Assembly (NCBI RefSeq): GCF_004010195.1
Contig: NC_057719.1
Span: 79,221,678-79,285,677, forward strand
Length of the DNA stretch: 64,000 nucleotides
Reading direction: 5' to 3'
Source of the DNA: Chiloscyllium plagiosum
Lineage: Eukaryota
Under the pieces are notes generated by a model. It ran no database searches, was not told where the DNA came from, and was given only the letters and a program-made list of their open reading frames with translations. Below are positions 39,071 to 53,150 of this stretch, piece after piece. The position numbers and the translations under genes were made by a program. Each line of letters begins with the position of its first letter. Position 1 is the stretch's first letter.

Positions 39071-40879
39071 CTTATATCCTGCATAATATTTTGTTTTACT
39101 TTATTTTTATTTCACCCTATATTACATAAAGCTATTTTATGCTTATTGTCCTTGTTTGTATGAGAACGTCGGGATGGGATATCTGGTCGGCATGGACTAG
39201 CTGGACCAAAGTGTCTGTTTCCATGCTGTACATCTCTCTGACTCGATCTCATTCCATGATCCTATTGAAACCAATCATAATTTTAAAACCCTGAGGCTAC
39301 CTCTTAGCCATACGTTTGCTGGAGAAAAGTTCCAGTGTATTCAAATATACCCCAATAGTTGCAACTTTCCCAGTTAAGGTTTTAGCCTTGAATGTTTTGC
39401 CTTTACGTGTTCTCCATTGCCTCATTCTTAACAACAACTTGCATTTATTACAGCACCTCCAACAAAGTAAAGCATACTGATCCATTACATCCTTTTTGTT
39501 TTTGGAAGAAATAGACTTGGTGCCATATTAGGTGAGCAGAGCGGAAAGCGATAGACCAATTACTGTGAAGAGTTACAGTCTTACCAATTCCATTTCCCGG
39601 TGTGATTTGGATCATCTAGTGAGGGGCCAAATGTGGATGAGTGGAAGGACCCTCATACCCTGAACATTTGGTTCAAATCCCACTGCTGAAACCTGAACAG
39701 AAACTAGAAGGTGTTGAAAGTGCTGACTATCAGGTAAGATTTTACACTGAGAATATATCTGCCTTCTCTGGTGAAATAAGAAATATATTCTTTTAGTGTC
39801 CTTGACAACATTTACTCCTCAGCCAACACCTAACGCCAGATGTTCTGTTGTACCTCATCGTTGCCCATGGGAACTTGCTATACACAGGATTAATTGCCAT
39901 TTTTTCAACGTTATGACAGTAATTACACTTAACACATACTTGATTGACCATAAAACACATTGGTCTGTCCTCAGGAAATGTACAGCATTACTTAGGAATA
40001 GAGGAACCTGTCAAACCTGCCCCATTATCCCAGTTCAATCATAGCTGATCGAACACTTCAATTGGTTTTAGCCAGCCCATCTCCATAACTCTGTCCACCA
40101 ATGATTGACAGAAATCTAACAATCTCTACCTCAAACATAGGACAAAATTCCAAAGGTACACAGCTCTCCAATAAGGAAAATTCTCCTTATCTCTGACATG
40201 AGTATATTCCTCCTTATTTTTGATTTTAGGTTTTTTCCTTGTTCCCTCTTTGTGCCTCCTCTATACTGCATAGAACTTGGATCCAGAATGATGCTGCTTA
40301 GTGCTGCCAGCCATTACTACCTTTATATTGACACAAGGCAACAAGGAGGCTGTTGTTCAAGAGGGAAGCTGCTCGTGTATAAGATATATATTACAGCTGA
40401 TGCAGTTGGAATCAATGGAACCTCTGTTGGAATGAGAGATTGGCTCCTTCACCACCGCATTTGAGGGTGGGTAGCATTTGCGAGAGTTGGGGCTGTTTGT
40501 TTTGTGAAAGACAGCACTGGGTGGAAGCACAGAGATGTTGGCACAGTTAGTTGGCAACCAGGCAGGGAACCACAAAGCCACAGGACTTCGGCACCAGCCG
40601 GTTAATGTTGTCTCTGAAAGCACTGTGTGTGATGTCCTTAGTATCCAGTGGACCACTGGGAAAGAAATTAGTTGCCTTATGATAGGAGGGAAGGAAACTA
40701 ATGACTCAACTAGCCAACTTTCGACATCACTTAAGCCAACTGTTCAGATACAAAAAGCACTTAAAGTTGTGATTTCTTTTAATTAAAAAGACATTGTGCT
40801 TTATCTTGAGAACGCTAGAATACCTTGATTAGAGTGAACACTCACACAGTTTTGCTCCCATTTTAATTTTTGAAAAGTA

Positions 40880-42005
40880 CGTACAAGCTAAAAAATGTGC
40901 ATAAAAGATTCCCAGAAATGATGCCAGGAACAAGAGCCTGTGTAACTATTAGGAAAGACCGAACAGGCTCATGTTCTCTAGAGAAGAGAAGGCTGAGGGT
41001 CAGCCTTACAGAGATCTTTAAAATTATGAAAGGGTTTGAGGGTTGGATGTATGTGTAACTGTATCCACGTCTGGGGATCTCCAAAACTAGGAGCCTCAGA
41101 TGTAAGATAGTTAACGTTGAATCCAATAGGGACTTGGTAAAATCTTCTTTTAGAGGTGATTACACTGTGGAATGCATTACCACAAGGGGTGGTAAAGGTG
41201 ATTAGAGCAGTTTTGATGCATTTAAAGGGAACATGGATTGGAGAGAAGAGGAAAGGCAGGAATTTTCGTAACATTAGATGCAATACTGTGCAAAAAGACT
41301 CCTGTATTACATAAATCCCAGTTGTCACAAAGCTAGTCACTTTCTTTCTAAAAGCTGTTCCTTGACTCAAGGAGATCCTGTCCTTGATGTTTTTTCCGAG
41401 GGGTAATAAACCAGGCCAGGGTCCGATCCGACTGGTTTGGTATAGAGATGAAAAGAATTTTGAGAGGCCTTTTGTTTATATGTGAGCAGATAAGACTTCA
41501 GGCCAAAGTGGTCATGCTTTAGAAGTGACCTGTATAACGAGAGGGGAGTGGTCAGCTCTCCAGCTGAGCTGAGCAGTTCTTAGTTCAGTCTTGAACTGGG
41601 AAGTTCAATAGGGAGCTGTGTGAAAACTCTCTTTTCTGCTCTTCAACTTCAACCTGTAAGCATGTATTCCATTTATACTGTTTTTTAAAGGGAGTTTGCT
41701 TATTGGGACTATTGTGTATATTCAGAACAGATAATTAAGTCCAGTTGGAAAAGTTGAGTTCTGTAGGGGTTCTTTATTCTGTTCTTTGTGTTCAATTGTG
41801 TAATTTTTGTGAATAAATTTTTGTCTGTTTTTATAATCTAGTAGTCAAGCTTGCTCCCGGGTAATATTCACTGTACACTTACCAAAACAAATTGCAAAGT
41901 TATGATCTGGGCTGCCTGCTGAAGAATGTTTTGAGTGGTCTGGCCTAGTCCATAACACAGTATAGACCTATTGGACTCGATATCCTGTTTCTGCTGCTGT
42001 AAATT
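40880..42005 (+). mobile_element. CR1 3' fragment split by a solo LTR
   Basis: LEKRRLRVSLTEIFKIMKG; the 3' UTR resumes after 41957. Confidence 0.75.
41323..41957 (+). mobile_element. Solo LTR, 635 bp (Gypsy or ERV)
   Basis: TGTCAC...ATAACA termini, 4 bp TSD CAGT (41319-41322, 41958-41961), AATAAA at 41812. Confidence 0.9.
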
Positions 42006-42479
42006 TAATATAATTTTCACTATTCTCATCATCCCCATTCAGCTATCACCAACTGGAAAATAAAGTATATAAAGTGAAAGAATTCCACAAGTAATGGGGG
42101 ATGGTGCAGTTCAAATTTAACATAATGTTTGTTCTGGAAACAAGCCGACCTTGCCAAGTTTAGAGGCGGTGTCTCCGTTCCTGGGATTGGGCAATGCTCT
42201 GGGTCGGCTAGTATTCCACTCTCATGGCGCTAGCATTTTAAATTCAGCCAGCTCTCCCTCTAACAAGGCCAAAGGTATGCAGATCTTCTCTCCCAGCTGC
42301 GAGAAGCCATGTGCAATACATCTAGGATGGCACAATGTGTTTGAACTGTGTTAAACCCACCATATTTCAGTCTCACTGAGAGTAACTTCCTTACTCTGGG
42401 CCGCAGTGATGTTTGCATTGGGGGAGGCAGGTACTACGACAATGCAGTGAGTCATACGTCGTCTTGCTTCAATATTAGA

Positions 42480-42890
42480 AGGAACTTTAATCCAGAATGT
42501 ATTCTGTTCCTGCCTGAGATGTGATAGCTTGTAGAAAGAGCTTTATTTTGTATCTAGCACATGCCGAATCTGCTCTGAATGATTGATAGAACTGCATAGA
42601 GGAAGATTTATTTTATATCTAACCCTTTGCTGTACCTGTCATGGGGGTCTTTGTTGTGACAGTGTAAATAGTGTTTTATTCTTGTATCGGGCGCACGCTG
42701 TACCTCTTCTGGGAGTGTTTGCTGTCACAGTTTAGAGGGACGTTTGCTCTGTCTCTGTGCTTTACTGGACCTGCTCTCGGAGTGTTTAATAGGACAGGAC
42801 AAAGAGAGCTTCACTCTCCATCTAAACCATGTTGTGTAACATTGGGAATATCTAATAGGACAGAATAGGATGGATCAAACTTTATTCTGT
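42480..42890. repeat. Degenerate tandem array, about 6 units of 60-67 bp
   Basis: Recurring gagcttta.t.tgtatcta....tgctgtacctg..ctgggagtgtt..t.ggacag. Confidence 0.7.
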
Positions 42891-43929
42891 AACAAACACA
42901 TTCTCCAAAGCAGTTACCAGCTGAGCTTCTGGCTGATGCCTTGTCCCCTTCTCCCTTCATCAGCCTCTAAGTTCAAGTGTTGGTGAACTAGGAATCTAGC
43001 ATGGGATGGTACGAATCTTAACAAAAAGAAAGGAATAGAAATTCAGGTGGTGCCTCAGCGCACACAGATCTAAAGTGAAATGTCAACTACTTTATATCAA
43101 TCCTCCCTTACTTCCACTCCGAATGGAGATGGGCAGGTTTAAAACATACGAGTAATTGTTATCAAGGTGTGTTGTGCTACCTCCTAAGACCCAGTTCATA
43201 CCACCAGCAAGTCTCCTACTCTAACTGAGATCTGTGCTACAAACTGGGTATGGCATTTAATGTAGGCAACTGGCATTTGGACAGCCCTTTCCCCAGATTA
43301 CTCCAAGTCTCAGTTTTATTAGAGTGCAGAATAAGGCTATTCAATTGATTTGTGTCCAAAGCTCTCCAAATGAACAATTTGCTTAGTGAATCATGCCTTT
43401 TAACCCCGCCTTCCTTTTCAATATTCAATAAACCCCACTTTGAATGTTTCAATTGACCCTATCTGAAAGGCAAGGCATTCTAGATTAAAACAAGGACTGC
43501 AGATACTGGAAGCCAGAGCCTAGATTAGAGTGATGCTGGAAAAGCACAGCCATCAGGCAGCATCCGAGGAGCAGGAATTCTAGATACTAACTTGTGGAAT
43601 GGAAAAGGAGTAACCAGACAGTTATTGTGAACATCTGTGATGGTACCACCAAAAGAAAAGGAAGATCATACACCTTTCCTGTCCTCTGCGTGCCTCGGAC
43701 TACTTTAAGTATTGTTTTTGTGGAATATATGAAATGTGGCAGCCAACTTGTACACTGCAAGCACCTACAGACAACAAAGAAACAAGCAACCTGATCATTT
43801 GTTTCACTGATGTTGAGTGTTAACCAGCTCATCAGGAAGAACCTCCCTGATTTTTATATTAGTTCCTGTAGGATCTTTGCACACTTTGAAGAGCCAATTT
43901 ACAGTACTTGTGAAATTACTTCTGAAAAT

Positions 43930-43996
43930 CCAAGAGCCAGATGAAAGACTCCTGAGCCAAGTCAGGGTTCAAGGTGGCATGGGTAACACAGAAGAT

Positions 43997-44028
<32 letters not shown>

Positions 44029-46220
44029 ATAAAACAGACAGAATGCATTGGCAGAGCAGGACAAGTTGAATCCTGTAGGGTCTGTCCTGACCCCTCAACG
44101 TTTTAGAACTTACATCAATGACTTAAATGAAAGGATGAAGATACTGTAACTTAAATTTTTAAATGATGAGATAGATAGGTAGGCAAGTATGTAGCAAAGA
44201 GGACACAAGGAAGTTGCAGACCTGTTTTAGATAGTTAGTGAGTGGGCAAAAAATGCAACAGATCAAGTATAATGAGGTACAATTGTTCAGTTTATCAGAA
44301 AGAATAGAAAAATCAGTATTGTTTAACAGAATGACAGTAGAATTCTGAAATACAGAGGGATGGGATACAAGTGTTCCAATGCATTCGATACAAATAGCTC
44401 GAATGCAATTACAGCAAGTAGCAAAACAGGCTCATGGAATGCTATTATTTATTACAGGAGGAATTGAGCATAAAAGTAAGGATTAAGAAAAGCAAAATAC
44501 TGTAGATGCTGGAAATCTAAAACAAACCACTGAAAATGCTGGGGAAACTCAACAGATCTGGCAGCATCTTGGAAAGAGAAAAACATACCAAGGATAACAT
44601 ACAAAGTAAACCTCCTCCTCCTCTTCAAAAATGAAAGTAAAGCTCGTTCTCTCTCTGTAAAAGTAAACTGAACTAAAAGTGAACTGACAGTAAGTTTCCC
44701 TCAATGAGTTCCATGGACTGATTAAGGATAGTCAGCATGGCTGTGTGTGTGGGAAATCATATCTCAGAAACTTGATTCAATTTTTGAGGATGTAACTGCA
44801 AAGGGTTAGAGGGTAGAGCAGAAGAAGTTGTCCACATGGGCTTTAGTAAAGCCTCTGATAAGCTTAGGGTGGTAGACTGGTTAGTAAAGTAAGATCACAT
44901 GGGATTCAGGGAGAGTTTGCCAGTCAGATGCAAAAATGACTTGACACTCAGGAGGGGACAGAGAAGCATAGAATCCCTACAGTGGAAGCAGGCCATTTGA
45001 CCCATCAAGTGCACACCGTCCCTCCAAAGAGCATTCCACTCAGACCCATCCCCTTAACTTACTCCTGTAGCCCTGCATTTCCCATGGCTACTCCACCTAG
45101 CTTGGACACGATGGGCAATTTGGCACAGCCAATTCATCCAACCCACACATCTTTGGACTATAGGAAGAAACTGGAGCACCCAGAGGAAACCCACACAAAA
45201 TGTACAAATTCTACCCCCATCAAACCTGGGCCCCTAGTGCTGTGAGGCAGCAGAGCTAACCATTGAGCCACCGTGTCATCAGCATCAGAGAGCAATGGTG
45301 GAAGGTTGTTTTTCAGACTAGAGACCCTTGACCAGCGGCGTTCCTTGGGAATCGGTGCCGAATCCACTTTTATTTGCAATGGATATAAACAAATTGGTTG
45401 AGAATTTAGGAGGCATGATTTGTAAGTTTGCGGAAGACACCAAAGTTTATGGTGTAGTGGACAGTGAAGAAGGTTATCTAAGATTTCAAAGGGATCTTGG
45501 TCAATCGGGCCAATTGGCTGAGAAGTGGCACTTGGAGTTTAATTTGGATAAGTGCAAGGTATTGCATTTTGGTAAAACAAAGCAGGGCAGGAATAACACA
45601 ATGAAAGGTAGGGCCTTGGGTAGTGTTGTCAAACAGAGAGAAACCTAAGGGTTCAGGCACATAGTTCTTTGAAAGTTGCATCATAGGTAGACAGAGTGGT
45701 TTGGTAGGTGTTTAGCACACTTGCCTTCATTGTTAAAACCATTGAATATAGGAGTCAGGATGTCATGTTGAGCTTGTACGGGATGTTGGTGAGGCCTCCC
45801 CTTGTGCAGTTTTGACCGCTTTGCTATAGGAAGAAGAATATTAAATTGGAGAATGTTCAGAAAAGATTTTCAGGACTTTGCCAGGACTGGAGGATTAGAG
45901 TTATGAGGAGACGTTGGATAGGCTGGGATCTTTTACACTGGGGTGTAGGAGGTTGAGGGATGACCTTTTATATAGGTTTATAAAATCATGAGCATAGATA
46001 AGATGAACAGCAACGATCTTTTCCCTAGGGTGGGGGAGTTCAAAACTAGAGGGCATATTTTTAGGGTGAGGGGAGAATGATTTGCAAGGAACCTGAGGGG
46101 CAACGTTTTTGGGTTTGTATGTGGAATGAACTGCCAGAGGAAATGGTAGGTGCAAGTATAGTTACAGCATTTAAAAGACATTTGGATAGGTTCGTGGCTA
46201 GGAAAGGTTTAGAGGGATGA
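43930..46220 (+). mobile_element. CR1 fragments (old copy 43930-44480, younger copy 44710-46220)
   Basis: SGVPWES, CKFAEDTK, FNLDKCKVLHFG. Confidence 0.85.
44968..45277 (-). mobile_element. HE1-type SINE inside CR1
   Basis: Head and tail motifs. Confidence 0.85.
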
Positions 46221-48916
46221 ACAGAAACTTATTAAATTAAAATAACATTATTTGGGATGATGATTCACCCCAGGCCCTGTGGTGCCCAATAGTCTCTAAA
46301 GGCCTCTATTGAATAGATGAGCACTGCAGGCTCTCTTCCCAGGACACTCCAGCATTGACATAGCTATGAAAGAGGGGCAGACAGTTAGGAATAGTGACAC
46401 CCCTTCCCCAGCCCGCTGCCCAGGAGCAGACCCACAAGAAGGCTGGCCCTTCCCCTCACTGGGTGCCTGTTGATCAGGATTGTGGAGCAAAACTGCAGCC
46501 AAATTAAACCACCTCCTACACTCTCCCATTAAACATTCCTGGGGGAACGACAGCTCCTGAGCTGTGGTTATTAAGTAAATCTCCCTCTACACTGTCCCAC
46601 CAATTCTTATTTCTTTTGACAGATGCTTCTAGATCTGAGTTCCTCCAGCATTTTCCATGTCTATAAAGTAAGGATGTTAAACTTGAGTGACCACGTTTGT
46701 TTTTTCTGGGGATTGTGTGATTTTGGAAGAGGATGATATTGAATACTTTTAACACAGAGCTGGATAGATAGGCAGAGACACTGAGGGATGATGAGGTGGT
46801 GGGGGAGGGGTGGTAGATGGGTCTACGAAATTTGACACACTATAGTGGAACAGGCTCAAGGGGCCACATTATTTAAGACTGCTTTCAGCTAGTTTGTAAT
46901 TTAATATGCCATCCAAAAAGCACCTCCTACAGCAGCACAGAGCTCCCTTGATACTGCATGGAATTATAAATCTTGATAGGATACTTAGACACATCACCCT
47001 ATAACTCAGATGTGAGCAATAGACAAAGTGAGCAATGGTTAATACTAAACAGTTTGAAGAAACAGCAGGGTTGCAAGATGTTAAATACATGTTTATCTCA
47101 TGAGATTGAAAGACGGCTCCAACATAATGCTCCCTCTAAATGTTCTTTCCAAATAATTGGACAACCATATGTCCAAGGCTTTCTTTAACAGTTATCCTGA
47201 ACCTCTAGAGAGCATCCTCTGTGAACTCCATGATCACTACTAGACATTACCTCATGTGTTTTAGTGTGAAACAACTGCTGGATGTTTTGGGAGAGTTTGG
47301 ATGACTTGGATTCTTGTATTTATGTTTCTCATCTCCAGTGTTTCCTGTTGCTCTGGAACATTGCCTGATTTGGGCCCTGCCTCAGCTCATCTGCTGCTGA
47401 AACTCTCAGACGTACTCTTTTCCCTCTGCCCCACGCTCCCTTAGTCTCCTAGGGACGGAGAAGAAACTGCTCAGTTTAAGGGCTCCGTGGCTACAATGAG
47501 GAAAGCTAGATGTGATTCCCATTTCCCCTCAGCACCGTACCCTCCACACATAACTGAGAAAAAGTGCATAACCACGGTGACCGGGTGATACTATTCAAGC
47601 ATAGCAATTCCCTCGCGGTGAACCAGCCTGTCCAAATGTCACTGCTGAGACTCTCCCAGGAATGCCAGCTGTACCACATGAAGGTGCTCCAGTACCAACA
47701 GGTTCAGAATAGCTGGAGAGGAAGGACACAAGCAGCAGTGTTGAAGATGTTTGACTTTTACTTTTCTCCTCCTTTTGTATACAATCAACACTTAGATTGC
47801 CTTGCTAACTTTGCCTGGTTTACACTCGTTCTCTCATGTCAACTTTCTCTTGTTCTCTTTCTGTCTCCTATGCTTTCTCTCCCTGCTTTTCACCTCCCGG
47901 CGAGACTGTTCTGCACCCTTCCAACCCAACTTTCACAGTCTCCCTTGTTCCTGGCTTCACTTCCCTGCGCACTAACTCTCCCGTTCAAGTGTCTCCATCT
48001 TGTTTTTAATTCACTCGTGGGATGAGGGCGTCGCTGGCTGTGCCAGCATTTATTGCCCATCCCTAATAGCCCAGAGGGCAAGCAAGTATCAACCTCATTG
48101 CTGTGGGTCTGGAGTCACATGTAGGCCAGTCTAGGTAAGGATGGCAGTTTCCTTCCCTAAAGGATATTAGTGAACCTGACCATTTTTTCACTGACAATCA
48201 AAAATGGATTTATGGTCATCATTTGACTCTTTATTCCAGATATTTATCAAATTCAAATTCAAACCACGTCCCAAGAATACTACCTGGGTCTGTGGCTTAG
48301 TAGCGCTAGTATGACTAGACCATTGCCTCCCTCCTGATGTCTCTCTGTCTCTGCCTGTCTCTCTTGATGCTTGCCTTCCTCCCAGTCTATTTCTGGCCGT
48401 CTGCCACAGTGGGAGTTGCCCTCTGTTATCGAGGACAGACATTGTCTCTCTCACTCTCTCTCTCTCTCACACACACTCATTTGGTCAAAGGAGCAGTACT
48501 GATTGGCACAGGCCACTGGCTCTTAACATTGGGCACAGAGAGCTCACAAGCCTGGCCTGAAGCTTGACTAATATGGTGAGAACATTTGTTTCGGAGACAA
48601 TATTTTGAGTCTTTTCCTGCTCCCAATTTAACTTTGAAGTGTTCCTGTGGAATTAGAGCAAAGAGATCAGAGAGAGGGGGATTTAGTGTGTGGAAAAACC
48701 ATTCAACATAGTTTGACCTTTTTTAGTCATGGAGTTCAGTTTTGATCATTCTGTTCCTTAACTACATTCCAATCTCATGAAAGGCATGCTGCTGCCGCCT
48801 TGTGATACAAATACCATGTCAAGAAGGAACTTGCATTTGTATAGCACCTTTGCTACCTTTCAGATGTCTGAAGTGCAATTACTCTTGTAATATAGAAATA
48901 AACAGCAATCAATTTA

Positions 48917-49074
48917 CAGAACAACCTCGATTATCTGAACAAAACGGGCGGCCAGTATTTTGTTTGGATAACTGATTGTTTGGATAACGGATAACATTTT
49001 TATGGGACCTTGGGATCTTGTTCAGATAATCCGAAATTTGGATATTGATGTTTGGCTAACTGAGGTTTGTTCTG
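48917..49074. mobile_element. Tigger/pogo-like MITE with TA TSD, inserted in a Deu-SINE (48830-49230, minus)
   Basis: TA|CAGAACAACCTCG...GAGGTTTGTTCTG|TA. Confidence 0.85.
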
Positions 49075-50331
49075 TATACGTGACAAGCTTTCACAAATAG
49101 CAATGCAATTGTGATCATAAGGTTTGTTTTTGCGATATGGGTGAATGTTGACCAGAATGCTGGGGAAGCCTCTTTTGCTGTTCTTTGCAGTTAGAGATCA
49201 TTTATATCTACTTGAGTTGGCAGAGGAGGCGGCGGCCATGTTTTGTCTGCTTTTGTAAATGTTCCACCAGTAACTTCCAGCACCTTGCACAAATAACCGT
49301 TCCTTCTCGGTAATAGGGTAAGCTAATTAACTATAGATCCTGTTGTCAACCAGCCTGCAAGTGTGCGTGCATCCTTCTAGGTTTACTGGATAATGATTTG
49401 ACCTGCACCATTCTCCCTAATTTAATTGAGAGAAAACCTGTCACCCTAGAGCTACCTCCTGTAATACTTACCAATGCTGCAGAGGGCAGGGATTAATGCT
49501 CGGACTTAGTCAATCAGAGCCTCACCCTGCTCACTTTTGCCATTGAATGTCAAGGGGCGATGGTTAGATTCAGTCTTGTTTGAGATGGCTCATTGCCTGG
49601 CACTGGCCTGTACTGTGAATGTTATTTGTCACTTATCAATCCACACCTGGCTGAAAACGGACCGGGCTGTTGAAGTGTCAAAGGGATCATGAACACTGTC
49701 GAACATTGTGTAATCATTGACAAACATTCCCATATCTGACCAGGGAAAATCATTGATGAAGCACTGAAATAGTTGGGATATTATCCTGAGGAACTCCTGC
49801 AGTGACGTCCTGGAGCTGAGATGATTTTTAACGTTTTTCTAATTAATCCACATCACTTATTGTACATCTTGATTTCCCAGAAGGCAGTTAAGTGTCAAAC
49901 ACATTGCTGTGGGTCTGGAGTCATGTATAGGCCCTTGAGGGAAGAGTATCTGCCATCCGTAGAGGGCCTTAGTGAACCAGATGGGTTTTGATGACAAATC
50001 ATCTTTTTACTGATCCTCTGATGCTGCCTGAACTGCTGTGCTTTTCCAGCACCTCTAATCCATGACAAATCATCAGCCATTACACTAGTTTTGAGTTCCA
50101 CATTTTACTGAATTCAAATAGAGACCCATATCCTCAGAATAATAACCTGGGGATCTGGATTACCACACCAGTGATATTGCCACATTGTTAGGCAGATGCC
50201 AGTGTGATAGCTGTATTACATTAGTGTGGTTATGGACAAAGCCATTTCTGGAGCATAGCATTCAGTATCATTGCTTGAATTTTGTTTGACATTGCTATAC
50301 CTGGTGACTTTACTAATTTGTTGATTCTATG

Positions 50332-52176
50332 TTTTTTTTTAATTTCAAAAATATACTTTATTCATAAAATTATTTTGATCTCAATACAATTGGTCATGCC
50401 ATTCTTGTGCACACATTACATTTCTTGACATACACACATCGAAATTTATTTTTCCTATATACAAGTCTGTACGCTTACTATCCAGCTCATCTGCTGAGGC
50501 GTCAGCAGAGCCCAAATGACTGCGTGGGCCCCCTGTTCTTCTTAGGCAGGCAGATGTTACACAGTGGTCTTTCCCCACCGCGCCTTGGCGGCAGCTGCCC
50601 CAAGCTTCAGCGCGTCCCTCAACACGTAGTCCTAGACCTTGAAAAGTGCCAGTCTGCAACACTCAGTCGGGGTCAACTCCTTCAGTTGGAAGATCAACAG
50701 GTTTCGGACCACCCAGAGAGCGTCCTTCACCGAGTTGATGATCCTCCAGGCACAGTTGATGTTCGTCTCGGTGAGCGTCCCGGGGAACAGGCCGTAGAGC
50801 ACGGAGTCCCGCGTCACGGCGCTGCTCGGGACGAACCTCGACAAACACCACTGCATTCCTCTCCAGACGACTTCTGCGTAGGCACATTCCAGAAGGAGGT
50901 GTGTGACAGTCTCGTCCCCCCCGCAGCCGCTTCGAGGGCAGCATGCGGTGCAGCTGAGAGTCTGGGCATGCATAAAGGATCTCACAGGCAGAGCCCTTCT
51001 CACCACCAGCCAAGTTATGTCTTGGTGCTTGTTGGAAAGTTCTGGCGATGAGGCATTCTGCCAAATGGCTTTGACAGTCTGCTCAGGGAACCGCTCGCTA
51101 GGATCCACCCTCTCCTTTTCCCAAAGGGTCTCGAGGACACTTCGTGCTGACCACTTCCTGATGGACTTGTGGTCAAAGGTGTTTTTCTTCATAAACTCCT
51201 CCATGAAGGACAGATGATACGGAACGGTCCAACTACTCTGGACCGCAGCAGTGAGGCCAGGCCCATCCTTCGCAACACCGGGGACAGGTAGAACCTCAGT
51301 ACATAGTGACACTTGGTGTTTGCGTACCGGGGATCCATGCACAGCTTGATGCAGCCACACACAAAGGTGGCCATCAGGGTGCGGGTGGCATTGGGTGTAT
51401 TTTTTTCCCCGTTGCCCAGATCTTTACAATCGAGTCCCTTCGGACCCGGTCCATCTTTGATCTCCATATAAATTGGAAGATGGTCCAGGTGACTGCAGCA
51501 GCACAGGTTCTGGGAATAGGCCAGACATGTGCCACGTATAACAGCAATGACAGTGCCTCACACCTGCTGACCAGGTTTTTTTCCCGCCATGGAGAGTGAC
51601 CGTAGCTTCCATCTGCCCAGTGTCTGCCTCACTTTGCTGATACGCTCCTCCCAAGACTTGGCGCACGCCCCAGCCCCCCCCCCCCCCCCGAACCAAATAC
51701 CCAGCACCTTCAGGTGGTCTGTCCTGACAGTGAAGGGGATCGAGGATTGGTAGGCCCAGTTCCAGAAGAGCACGGCCTCGCTCCTGCTTCGGTCTACCTT
51801 GGCCCTGAGGCCTGTTCGAACTGGTCACATATGCACATGAGTCTGTGCATGGACAGCGGATCCGAGCAGAAAACGGCGACGTCATCCATGTACAGGGAGG
51901 CCTTAACCTGCAGGGCCCTGCTGCCAGGAATAGTCACCCCTCTCAGGCTCGCATCCTTCCTGATGGACTCGGCAAATGGCTCTATGCAGCACACAAACAA
52001 GGCAGGAGAGAGAGGGCAGCCCTGCCTGACTCCAGATCTGACTGGGAAGCTATCTGATTCCCACCCATTGATTGAGACTGCACTGACAATGTTGGTGTAG
52101 AGCAGTCTGATCCAATTGCAGATTCCCTCCCCAAAGCCCATTTTGGAGAGAACATCTCTCATATAAGTGTGTGATC
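50332..52176 (-). mobile_element. Tx1/L1-clade LINE, 5'-truncated, frameshifted
   Basis: GVRQGCPLSP, LYMDDV, CPRSGCGGDETVTHLLLEC zinc finger, AATAAA and poly(A) at the left end. Confidence 0.95.
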
Positions 52177-52863
52177 CCGCTGATACCATGTGGAGTGGGG
52201 TGAATCAAAGACTGGTATCTGTGAGGCCGAGAACCCCAAAGAGGTCGTGATAGATTATCAACTCTAACTGAAGGTGGTTGCATATGCTTCTGCACTGGTC
52301 TGCTCTGCTTCCTCACCCTTGAGGAGGGGGAGATTTGTGAAGCCTCCTCCTCCTCTACTTGTTAATTGTCTACCATCATAGGTGGTTACGGCAGAACGGC
52401 AGAGCTTAGATCTGATTCTGTCAAGATTCAAATTCAAGCCACACCTGCTCAGGGACGTGTCTGAACAGGTTGACTGAAATAACCAGATCTGCTCTGCTGA
52501 TTGTGGGATTGATAGAGAATAACATCAGAGACTGTAGATAGTCAGTCAAGCTAGAAAAGACAGGGAGCGACTAAAGATTCATTCTATGGAGTAACCGAAA
52601 GAGGAGAGCGGTGTCCTGTTACTCAATTTATGTTAAGACTTTGGAATTAAAAACTCAATTTCTAAGATTATGGGTGACATTTGTACGACATAGTCAATGC
52701 TGAGGAGGGCTATAACAAATTAAAGGACATTCATGAACTGGCTGAATGGACAAATAATTGGTAAATGAAGTTTGACAAAAATAAATGTATTTTGGATAGG
52801 AAGAGGAGGGCAGCTATTCATTAGCAGGAAGGTGTCAGTCTAGGTAAAGGCAGATGGGCAAAG

Positions 52864-53150
52864 TACGGTGGCACAGTGGTAAGCACTGCTGCCTCACAGC
52901 ATCAGAGACCTGGGTTCAATTCCCGCCTTAGGTGACTCTCTGTGTGGAGTCTGTACATTCTCCCAGCGTCTGCGTGGGTTTCCTCCGGGTGCTCCGGTTT
53001 CCTCCCACAGTCCAAAAATGTGCAGGTTATATGAATTGGCCATGCTAAATTGCCCGTAGTGTTAGATGTCTGGGTGGGTTGCGCTTCGGCGGGTCGGTGT
53101 GGACTTGTTGGGCCAAAGGGCCTGTTTCCACACTGTAAGTAATCTAATCC
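52864..53150 (+). mobile_element. HE1-type SINE (a partial second copy at 53440-53660)
   Basis: A/B boxes, V domain, tail. Confidence 0.9.

Noticed and set aside
42480..42890. CRISPR-like array
   Set aside because: Eukaryotic context, whole units diverge, no repeat-spacer structure, no cas genes
50407..51051. 214 aa plus-strand ORF
   Set aside because: Antisense shadow of the Tx1 ORF2
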